Assembly (NCBI GenBank): GCA_026985035.1
Contig: JALSQY010000163.1
Coordinates: forward strand, 1-62,907
DNA from: Methylothermaceae bacterium
GTDB lineage: Bacteria; Pseudomonadota; Gammaproteobacteria; Methylococcales; Methylothermaceae
DNA: 62,907 bases
Direction of reading: 5' to 3'
Of the stretch, positions 9,556 through 17,095 are shown one piece after another. Every line of letters begins with the position of its first letter. Position 1 is the first letter of the stretch. The position numbers and the translations under genes were made by a program. The notes under the pieces are model-generated. The model searched no databases, was not told the DNA's origin, and worked only from the letters and a program-made list of their open reading frames with translations.

Positions 9556-9803
9556 CCTGGGGGTTCTGATTAAGTCAGGCAGGGCAACGCATGAACGCCG
9601 CTTTTTTCCGTGCACACTTGATTTTGCAGAATATTGAAGCCTTTCTCCCTCTGGGAAAGGGGTTGGGGTCAGGGCTTGAGCCGATGAATGCAACGGTGTT
9701 TCCCCCCTCACCCCCGGTCCCTCTCCCAGAGGGAGAGGGGAGATAGGTCGGTTCATACGATTGCCCTGTTAAGTCAGGGATGACTTATTCAGAGAATCCA
9801 TAG
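9556..9803. repeat. Internally deleted family-A MITE interrupted by a family-B MITE
   Basis: GGTTCTGATTAAGTC on the left and GGATGACTTATTCAGAGAATCC on the right match family-A ends. Confidence 0.6.
9580..9768. mobile_element. ISAs1-type MITE (family B), 189 bp, 10-bp TSD
   Basis: TIRs CAGGGCAACGCATGAAC and GTTCATACGATTGCCCTG; TTAAGTCAGG repeated at 9570-9579 and 9769-9778; internal CCCTCTCCC..GGGAGAGGG palindromes. Confidence 0.8.
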
Positions 9804-10063
9804 AGGAACAGCACTTTGTCTTGATTTTGGGGTCTGTTTACCAGATCCATGACTCCCGACTGAGCACATAACAATCCCCCTCAAAAATCAAGATCATGGG
9901 CACCAAAAAATGTCAAGAAGAAAATCAAATTTGAACTATATTTTTGAGTAAATAGCAAGGATATTGAGAATGCATCCACTTGTGCCTTCAGGTGACCTTC
10001 AACAGCTTCTTCCGTGATGTTTCGTCAGAACTGAAAATTGCCCTAATCACCAGGATTGAAAAC

Positions 10064-10459
10064 ATGTTTGATTTGAAATTCCCAAAATCAGGACCCATCG
10101 CACCTCATTTATTGAAACAGCATTTCATCGCTGTTTTTTTGTTGCACAATGCTTTTTTGTTCATTGCCTTTTTCGCCCCCCAGTTACCCACTCTGCTCCT
10201 TTGGATGTGGCTGCGCATCTTTTTACTCCAACCCGTCAATGACAGCCTGGCTTGGTATCCCAATAAGGATATCTCCGCCATGTGTATCGAAATTCAGCGA
10301 TTGTTTTCCAATTGTTGCGAAAACAGAATTATCGGGGAGTTCGCCATTACCTCGGTTTACCTCATGGGGCATCATCTGCCGGCCTTATATATGCTCGTGC
10401 TGCTTAATTTTTGGGGACTGGTCACTACCTACCGGGTGTTGAGAAAATACGCGGTTTAA
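10064..10459 (+). CDS. Hypothetical membrane protein (131 aa)
   Basis: ATG at 10064 preceded by AGGA; hydrophobic segments; converges on sulP; no family recognised. Confidence 0.45.
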   Translation: MFDLKFPKSGPIAPHLLKQHFIAVFLLHNAFLFIAFFAPQLPTLLLWMWLRIFLLQPVNDSLAWYPNKDISAMCIEIQRLFSNCCENRIIGEFAITSVYLMGHHLPALYMLVLLNFWGLVTTYRVLRKYAV

Positions 10460-10473
10460 TATTTTATGCTTCC

Positions 10474-12000
10474 CTATGCCATCTCATCGGTGGCCACATG
10501 ATAGTCCGGGTCTTCCATCACATTGACTTCCACTAAATCACCTGCTTTTTTGAGCAATTTCCGGCATTCGGGACTCAAATGGCGCAGGTGCAGGGTTTTA
10601 CCGGCTTTGATATACCTTTCCGCCAAGGTATCGATGGCTTCGATGGCGGAATGATCGGCCACCCGCGAATGTTGAAATTCGATCACCACATCACCGGGGT
10701 CTTCCTCCGGGTGGAACAGATCAAGGAAATTCTGGACTGAACCAAAAAAAAGAGGCCCGTGTAACTCATACACTCTGGAGCCTTCCTTATCATATTTTTC
10801 CACCCGGATATGTTTTGCATGTTCCCAGGCAAAGACCAAGGCGGAAACAATCACGCCAACCAATACCGCAATGGCCAAATCAGTCGCCACTGTCACGGCC
10901 GAAACCAAAATCAGGACAAAAGCATCGCTTTTGGGAATTTTGTTGAGAATCCGGATGCTGGACCATTCGAAAGTCCCGATCACTACGATAAACATCACGC
11001 CAATCAAAGCAGCCATGGGGATTTTCTCAATCAAACCCGAGGCAAAAAGAATAAATACCAGTAAAAAAATTGCCGCGGAAATGGAAGAAAGCCGGGTCCG
11101 CCCCCCGGAATTGATATTGATCATACTTTGTCCAATCATGGCGCAACCTCCCATGCCGCCGAACAAACCAGTGACAAAATTGGCCACCCCCTGGCCAAAA
11201 CACTCCCGGTTCCCCCGGCCACGGGTTTGGGTGATCTCATCAATCAAAGTCAGTGTCAGCAAGGATTCAATTAACCCTACTGCCGCCAATATCACCGAAA
11301 AGGGAAAAATAATTTTCAATGTCTGCCAGTTAATAGGTACTTCAGGGAAATGAAAACTTGGCAAAGACCCTTTGATCGATGCCAAATCTCCCACGGTTTT
11401 GGTGTCTATCTCAAGGAAGACAACCAAAAGGGATACTATCGCAATCGCCGCCAACGACGGGGGAACCGCCCTGGTTAATCGCGGCAGGAAAAAAATAATG
11501 GCCATGGTCAACGCCACCAATCCTAGCATTGTCATCAACTCGGTTCCCTGCATCCATTGACTTGAACCATCCTCGGCAATGACTTGAAAACCCTTCAATT
11601 GGGCCAGAAAAATCACAATCGCCAGACCGTTGACGAAGCCCAGCATCACGGGATGGGGAACGATTCGAATATATTTCCCCAAGCCCAGCAATCCCGCTAG
11701 CATCTGCAAAACCCCAGCCAGCACAACCGCGGCAAACAAGTATTCAACGCCATGGGTTGTCACCAAAGACACCATCACCACGGCCATAGCACCGGTGGCG
11801 CCGGAAATCATCCCTGGCCGGCCGCCAAAGAGCGCCGCTAACAGCCCCACCATAAAAGCTGCGTATAATCCAACCAGAGGCTCCACGCCGGCAACAAAGG
11901 CAAATGCAACCGCTTCCGGCACCAAGGCCAAGGCAACGGTGAGACCGGATAGAACTTCGATACGTAAAGATTTTGGAGAATGGGAACCCAGTGTAAACAT
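10474..12000 (-). CDS. SulP-family anion transporter with C-terminal STAS domain
   Basis: [41 protein letters not shown]. Confidence 0.93.
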   Translation of the reverse strand: MFTLGSHSPKSLRIEVLSGLTVALALVPEAVAFAFVAGVEPLVGLYAAFMVGLLAALFGGRPGMISGATGAMAVVMVSLVTTHGVEYLFAAVVLAGVLQMLAGLLGLGKYIRIVPHPVMLGFVNGLAIVIFLAQLKGFQVIAEDGSSQWMQGTELMTMLGLVALTMAIIFFLPRLTRAVPPSLAAIAIVSLLVVFLEIDTKTVGDLASIKGSLPSFHFPEVPINWQTLKIIFPFSVILAAVGLIESLLTLTLIDEITQTRGRGNRECFGQGVANFVTGLFGGMGGCAMIGQSMININSGGRTRLSSISAAIFLLVFILFASGLIEKIPMAALIGVMFIVVIGTFEWSSIRILNKIPKSDAFVLILVSAVTVATDLAIAVLVGVIVSALVFAWEHAKHIRVEKYDKEGSRVYELHGPLFFGSVQNFLDLFHPEEDPGDVVIEFQHSRVADHSAIEAIDTLAERYIKAGKTLHLRHLSPECRKLLKKAGDLVEVNVMEDPDYHVATDEMA

Positions 12001-12092
12001 AGAAAAATCAGACCTAACTTTTGGACAAGAAAAAAGCCTTGGCTCTGTTAAGAACAAAGGCTTTGTTTATAGGAGATAAATTATAGCACGAT

Positions 12093-12112
12093 TCCGTCAA
12101 ATTATTGACGGA
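12093..12112. promoter_or_regulatory. Palindromic operator-like site upstream of sulP (FleQ-box-like)
   Basis: TCCGTCAA-ATTA-TTGACGGA. Confidence 0.4.
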
Positions 12113-12140
12113 TGAAACATGGCTTGGCTATGACTGCAAG

Positions 12141-12243
12141 CTGAACAAGTCATCCCTGGCTTGTTCAGAGAACGAAAAAACAAAAATTGCGATTTTTGTT
12201 TTTCTCACAAAGTCAATCACCTAAAGTGACTGACTTTGTCGGC
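12141..12243 (+). repeat. Family-A multi-hairpin MITE, partial
   Basis: Near-identical to 59153-59255 and to the reverse complement of 56033-56136. Confidence 0.85.
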
Positions 12244-12436
12244 TTGCTTCATCCAGGATGCGGGCTTTGAGCAATCGCATCGCGGTATTTTCCGAATACC
12301 ACAACAGGGACAAAGGGTCCTGCCAATGGACCTGGGGTTTTCCCAGATATATGACTTTTCTTCGCCGCCACCGGTATGAGCGCAAGGCTATGCTATGGCA
12401 ACCACGCTGGATTAAATTTTGTAACCACTCGAACAT
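12221..12436 (-). CDS. Small basic hypothetical protein (71 aa)
   Basis: GAGGTG RBS before ATG at 12436; sigma54-like promoter upstream; WRRRKVIYLG..WQDP..LWY. Confidence 0.6.
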   Translation of the reverse strand: MFEWLQNLIQRGCHSIALRSYRWRRRKVIYLGKPQVHWQDPLSLLWYSENTAMRLLKARILDEASRQSQSL

Positions 12437-12554
12437 AATCTTCACCTCTTGGAAGTCAAACAATCGATCTGACAGTCCCCTGCTTCAGATCCGCTACTGT
12501 CCTCCTGTGAAAAAGCTACATTCTTATCGTTATGTCCCTTTTTAATTAATCCAG

Positions 12555-12569
12555 GCAATTGTTATGCCA
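12555..12569 (-). promoter_or_regulatory. Sigma54 -24/-12 promoter
   Basis: Minus strand TGGCATA-ACAA-TTGC with canonical spacing. Confidence 0.6.
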
Positions 12570-12736
12570 TTGAGATAAAAACGGCCAGCCGCCAAAGCTT
12601 TCAAGCAAATCCACACATTGCTCACCGTGGATAGAGAGCCCCTTGGCAAAATTTCTTGACTGGCATCCCACCTCGAAACATTCAAGTCATCAATTTTTTA
12701 TAGCGTATTGTTAACGTAACCTTTACCCACAATGGG

Positions 12737-12759
12737 GACAGCGTATTTTTATCGCTGTC
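12737..12759 (-). terminator. Stem-loop downstream of cheW
   Basis: GACAGCG..CGCTGTC inverted repeat about 30 nt past the cheW stop. Confidence 0.4.
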
Positions 12760-12791
12760 AACCTCCAGCATTCCCTTGACAGTAGCCAAAA

Positions 12792-13268
12792 TTACAGGCT
12801 TTCAATTTCCGCCAATTCTTCGTCGGTAAGAAACTTGTTTAAATCCACCAAAATCAATAGCTGACCATCCTGGCTGGTGACGCCTTGAATATAACGGGAG
12901 CTTTCTTCATTTCCCACATTGGGCGCCGACTCCATATCAGAAGCGCGCAATTCCACGACTTCCGCCACGCTGTCCACCAAAATACCAATTTCTTGATCCC
13001 CTGACTCTATGATGACTATGCGGGAAAGGTCATCTGGATCCTTCGGTGGCAAACCGAACCTGCTGCGGGTATCCACCACGGTCACCACATTTCCCCGCAG
13101 GTTGATAATACCGATAACATAATCAGGAGAACCTGGCACTGGAGCAATCTCCGTCACCCGCAGCACTTCCTGGACCTGCATTACGTTAATGCCGTAAGTT
13201 TCTTCCGCCAGCCGGAAGGTAACCCATTGCAATAGTTCGTCACTGAGTTTTTCAGCTGCTTCAGCCAT
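12792..13268 (-). CDS. cheW: Chemotaxis coupling protein CheW
   Basis: YGINVMQVQEV, GIINLRG, GILVDSV. Confidence 0.95.
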   Translation of the reverse strand: MAEAAEKLSDELLQWVTFRLAEETYGINVMQVQEVLRVTEIAPVPGSPDYVIGIINLRGNVVTVVDTRSRFGLPPKDPDDLSRIVIIESGDQEIGILVDSVAEVVELRASDMESAPNVGNEESSRYIQGVTSQDGQLLILVDLNKFLTDEELAEIESL

Positions 13269-13298
13269 AGTTTTTCTCCACCAAATAATTCGGACAAT

Positions 13299-13325
13299 TC
13301 ATCGTTGACTTTTCAAGAGCACTTA
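13299..13325 (-). promoter_or_regulatory. Possible sigma28 promoter for cheW
   Basis: Minus strand TAAG-N15-AACGATGA versus consensus TAAA-N15-GCCGATAA. Confidence 0.3.
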
Positions 13326-13385
13326 TCGCGCTGGATTTGCCGGCACAACCTTATGCCGAAGAAAATCTGTATAAACTGGTCTTTC

Positions 13386-13988
13386 CTAATTTGAAATCAC
13401 TTTTTCAAAATCAATCAAGGCGCAGGGAGCCGTTGCCAACATGCCCAGCAACCAGGGCCGGTGCGTTCGCTCTTGGCGCCACTTCACCTGGTCGGGATTC
13501 AGAATAATTTCGTCTTCGGCGGCATCGCAGGCCAATGCCATTCCAGCACCTGCCAATAACAGCCGGTACACCGGTTTAGACCGCTTACCCGGGGGCAGGA
13601 TGACATTCAAGGTATCCACCACCCAAATTTTGCTTCCTTCAACATCAAGCTGGCCCAATGCCCATGCAGGCTGGTCAGGATGCGTGGCTAACTCCCTTGG
13701 CCAGGGAATAAGCGAATGCAGTTGAAATTCAGGGACGGCAAACCGGAGCCCGCCAAGACGAAAAGGCTGGATGGCAAACGGCCCTTCAACCCACGCAGGA
13801 CAGCCCGGGGGCAATACGATTGGCGGTTTGGCTGTCTCCCCTTCCGCTGGTTGATGGTCAACTTTTCTCTCCTTGGGTTTCCCATCAGAATCCTGCCGTT
13901 CAACGGGTGAAAGCAGCGCTTCAAAATAACTGTCCAAGGGGGAACTTGCCTGTCTCATGACTTCGGCCTCTTGCTTAGTCTCACTCAT
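13386..13988 (-). CDS. CheW-like domain protein (ParP-like)
   Basis: LDSYFEALL, VKWR..RPWLLG..CALID; lies between parA and cheW. Confidence 0.8.
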   Translation of the reverse strand: MSETKQEAEVMRQASSPLDSYFEALLSPVERQDSDGKPKERKVDHQPAEGETAKPPIVLPPGCPAWVEGPFAIQPFRLGGLRFAVPEFQLHSLIPWPRELATHPDQPAWALGQLDVEGSKIWVVDTLNVILPPGKRSKPVYRLLLAGAGMALACDAAEDEIILNPDQVKWRQERTHRPWLLGMLATAPCALIDFEKVISN

Positions 13989-14788
13989 GCTGAAAGCGCT
14001 TGGGGTTCGTTTGTCATGCCAGGTTCCAACAAAAATTCCAGCAGTTGTTCATAAGCAATGGCCGCTCGGGAATTTGGCTGATAATGGGATATGGGAAGAT
14101 GGGCTTCACTGGCTTCCCGGAGTTTGGTATCCACAGGGATAACACCAGCCCAAAGGAACCCCCCGTAGCGTTCTTGCAGCAGCCTGAGGCTGTCTGCCGA
14201 CACCCGCGTGCGGCGGTCAAACAACGAGGGAACGATGGTGTAATCAAAAGGCCGCTTGCGGGAACGGGAAATCATGGCCAGGGTACGCAGCATGCGTTCC
14301 AATCCCTGCAAAGACAAGTATTCAGCCATTACCGGTACAATCAAGCGATCGCAAGCCGCCAAGGCATTCACCATTAAAACCCCGAGCATGGGCGGGGTAT
14401 CTATCAAGACATAATCAAATTCACCATGTAGGTGTTCCAGGGCTTTTTGCAGCACCAACCCCAAACCTTCAATCGTCCCGGCCTGGCGTTCCACAGTGGC
14501 CAAAGCCATCACTGCCGGCAACAAGAATAAATTTTCAAAAGCCGTGGCTCGAATATATTTGCCCGGATCCTCACACGGCTGATGAGTCATGGCTTTCTGA
14601 AACAGGTCATAAACCCCGTATTCAACATCCTCGGCATTCATTTCGAAATAACTGCTCAATGAACCGTGAGGGTCCAAATCCACCATCAACACCTTGGCGC
14701 CCTGCCCTTGCAGCAGCCCTGCCAGACTGGCAACCGTGGTTGTTTTGCCAACACCGCCCTTTTGATTGGAAATCGCCCATACCCGCAT
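13985..14788 (-). CDS. ParA-family ATPase of the chemotaxis cluster (ParC-like)
   Basis: NQKGGVGKTTT, DLDPHG, DTPP. Confidence 0.9.
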   Translation of the reverse strand: MRVWAISNQKGGVGKTTTVASLAGLLQGQGAKVLMVDLDPHGSLSSYFEMNAEDVEYGVYDLFQKAMTHQPCEDPGKYIRATAFENLFLLPAVMALATVERQAGTIEGLGLVLQKALEHLHGEFDYVLIDTPPMLGVLMVNALAACDRLIVPVMAEYLSLQGLERMLRTLAMISRSRKRPFDYTIVPSLFDRRTRVSADSLRLLQERYGGFLWAGVIPVDTKLREASEAHLPISHYQPNSRAAIAYEQLLEFLLEPGMTNEPQALSA

Positions 14789-14816
14789 CGTCCTCACTCC
14801 CTCAACACCTTGACGC

Positions 14817-15641
14817 TCATGGCTTTGCCACCGATTGCGTCAATTTTTTCCGCTCTTTTGAAAGCACTTGATAACGAGCCAGATTTTTGGCCTGCAGTAC
14901 CATTACCACCCGGCGGTTGCGGTAACGGCCTTCCTCACTCTTGTTATCGGCCACTGGATGATTTTCTCCATAGCCCACCGCGGCCAATCGCTGCGGCGCC
15001 ACGCCTGCTTCAATCAACTTTCTCACGACGCTGGCGGCGCGGGCGGCGGATAATTCCCAATTGGAAGGAAATTCCTTGGTACGAATAGGCACGTTATCGG
15101 TATGGCCTTCAATATAGATAGGGTTATCTGGCATTTCCCGGACGATTTCCGCCAGTTTACCCAGCACGGGATCGGCGGCTTTGGATAATTTTGCACTACC
15201 GCTGGAAAACAACATGCCGCTTTTCATTTCCACGGCCACCCAAAATTCATTCCGGGTGACGGCCACCAGGTCGTCATCAATGTAAGGGGCCAGGACTTCT
15301 TCGATTTGTTCGGAAGTTCTCTGAAGTTTGATTTGCTCCCGGCCCTCTTCGGAAATCGGCTCAGTGACCGGCTTCCCGGAAGGGACCAAAGCATCCAGTG
15401 GATTAACCGTTTTTGGCGGTTCTCCTATCTGGATGGGATCGAGGGTTTTTTGAGCAGGTTCCTTGAAAGCTTGATCCAGCGATTCGGCCAGTACCCGGTA
15501 CTTGCCCTCATTGACGGAAGAAATCGCGTACATCACGACAAAAAAGGCAAACAACAAGGTAATGAAGTCAGCATAGGACACCAGCCACCGCTCATGGTTT
15601 TCATGTTCTTCATCGAAGGATCTAAGCCGGCCGGTTTTCAT
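14817..15641 (-). CDS. motD: Flagellar stator MotB/MotD
   Basis: WLVSYADFITLL, GHTD, NWELSAARA, NRRV. Confidence 0.92.
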   Translation of the reverse strand: MKTGRLRSFDEEHENHERWLVSYADFITLLFAFFVVMYAISSVNEGKYRVLAESLDQAFKEPAQKTLDPIQIGEPPKTVNPLDALVPSGKPVTEPISEEGREQIKLQRTSEQIEEVLAPYIDDDLVAVTRNEFWVAVEMKSGMLFSSGSAKLSKAADPVLGKLAEIVREMPDNPIYIEGHTDNVPIRTKEFPSNWELSAARAASVVRKLIEAGVAPQRLAAVGYGENHPVADNKSEEGRYRNRRVVMVLQAKNLARYQVLSKERKKLTQSVAKP

Positions 15642-15643
15642 TG

Positions 15644-16384
15644 TTACTCCAAAAAGCCACTCAATTTAATTTCAATGTTGCGGGGATTTTCCCCTTCGGC
15701 GATTGAGATAATGCCTTCGATCATCAACTCCCTCGACAAACTCACGGCCCGGGCCTGGGCTTTGAGTTTATTGGCGACGGGTAAAAACACCAGATTGGCC
15801 AGGCCAACCCCGTAAATCGTGGCGACAAACGCCACGGCGATACCGCTTCCCAATTTTTCAGGATCACTGAGGTTCTGCATCACTTGAATCAAGCCCAGTA
15901 CCGCGCCCAAAATCCCCAGGGTAGGCGCGTATCCCCCCATCGCTTCAAAAACCTTGGCGGCTTGGAAATCTTGCTGTTCTTTGGTCACCATTTCCAATGA
16001 CATGGCATCGCGAATGGTTTCCGTCTCGTTGCCATCCACCAACAATTGCAAACCTTTATTGACGAAGCTGTCTTTTTCCCGGTCGAGCTCGTTTTCAAGG
16101 CCCAACAATCCTTCCTTCCGGGCCTGGGTGCTCCACTGGACAATTTTTTTTATCTGCTGTGTTAACTGGATTTCGGGCGGCACAAACACCCCTCCCAGTT
16201 TTCTTACGGCTCGCAAAAAAACGCTTGGCGGGGTCTGCAGTAATACCGCCCCTAAGGTGCCACCCATCACAATCAGCATTGCCGGCCCATTGATCAAAAA
16301 AGATAAATCTCCGCCTTCCAGTATATTGCCGAAGACGACCGCGCCAACGCTAACAACAATGCCAACAATACTTAAGGGATCCAT
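15644..16384 (-). CDS. motC: Flagellar stator MotA/MotC
   Basis: ARKEGLLGLE, GGYAPTLGILG, AFVATIYG. Confidence 0.92.
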   Translation of the reverse strand: MDPLSIVGIVVSVGAVVFGNILEGGDLSFLINGPAMLIVMGGTLGAVLLQTPPSVFLRAVRKLGGVFVPPEIQLTQQIKKIVQWSTQARKEGLLGLENELDREKDSFVNKGLQLLVDGNETETIRDAMSLEMVTKEQQDFQAAKVFEAMGGYAPTLGILGAVLGLIQVMQNLSDPEKLGSGIAVAFVATIYGVGLANLVFLPVANKLKAQARAVSLSRELMIEGIISIAEGENPRNIEIKLSGFLE

Positions 16385-16388
16385 GCCG

Positions 16389-17087
16389 CTACATTTCCCT
16401 GAAACGTTCGCTCATGTCATCCAAGTCCAGGATTTCATCGGCCAGGCCGGCCTCGACGATGGCTTTGGGCATGCCGTAAATCACAGAACTCCTTGCATCC
16501 TGAACCCACACCTGCGCCCCCTTGCTTTTCAACAATTTGACCCCAAACCGCCCATCGACTCCCATGCCGGTCATCACAACGGCCAGCACTCTCCCCCTGA
16601 AGCGGTTGGCGACCGAAGCAAAGGTAATATCCGCGCTGGGTTTGTATATTTCCTGATGCAAGGTGCCGCGAATCCGGATGGTTTGGCTGTCGTCCAATTC
16701 CATTTGTTTGCCGCCCGGCGCCAGCAGCGCCACTCCCGGTTTCAACCTGTCGCCGTTTTCGGCTTCGCGGACCTCTATCCTCGATAAACGGTTCAAGCGC
16801 TCGGCAAAATCGCGGGTGAAATCCTTGGGCATGTGCTGCACCACCAGGATTGGAAACCCCACACCGGCCTTCAATTTGGGAAGAAGCTTTTGCAAGGCCA
16901 AAGGCCCACCAGTGGATGCGGCGATGATCAACAACTGGACAGCTGGTTTTTTCCTAGCGCCCTTCGGCTTACTCGCCGCCTCCGTGGTGGATTGCCTGTT
17001 CAGTGACGGGGACATTGTGACTCCGGAATACAGACTTTCTTCGGAAGGACAAGCCGATGTGTGAGCCGAAAACTTATTAGCTACCAT
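16389..17087 (-). CDS. cheB: CheB methylesterase lacking the N-terminal receiver domain
   Basis: ASTGGP, QHMP, YKPSAD, TGMGVDG, IYGMP; only 232 aa. Confidence 0.85.
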   Translation of the reverse strand: MVANKFSAHTSACPSEESLYSGVTMSPSLNRQSTTEAASKPKGARKKPAVQLLIIAASTGGPLALQKLLPKLKAGVGFPILVVQHMPKDFTRDFAERLNRLSRIEVREAENGDRLKPGVALLAPGGKQMELDDSQTIRIRGTLHQEIYKPSADITFASVANRFRGRVLAVVMTGMGVDGRFGVKLLKSKGAQVWVQDARSSVIYGMPKAIVEAGLADEILDLDDMSERFREM

Positions 17088-17095
17088 ACAAAACG

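Noticed and set aside
9466-9756. 96-aa ORF (SPLPLGEGPGVRG)
   Set aside because: Translation of the palindromic MITE, not a credible gene
9498-9980. tRNA genes often found next to gltX
   Set aside because: No cloverleaf or T-arm signature seen
10015-10035. CTGACGA on the minus strand (hammerhead-like core)
   Set aside because: No stem II followed by GAAA
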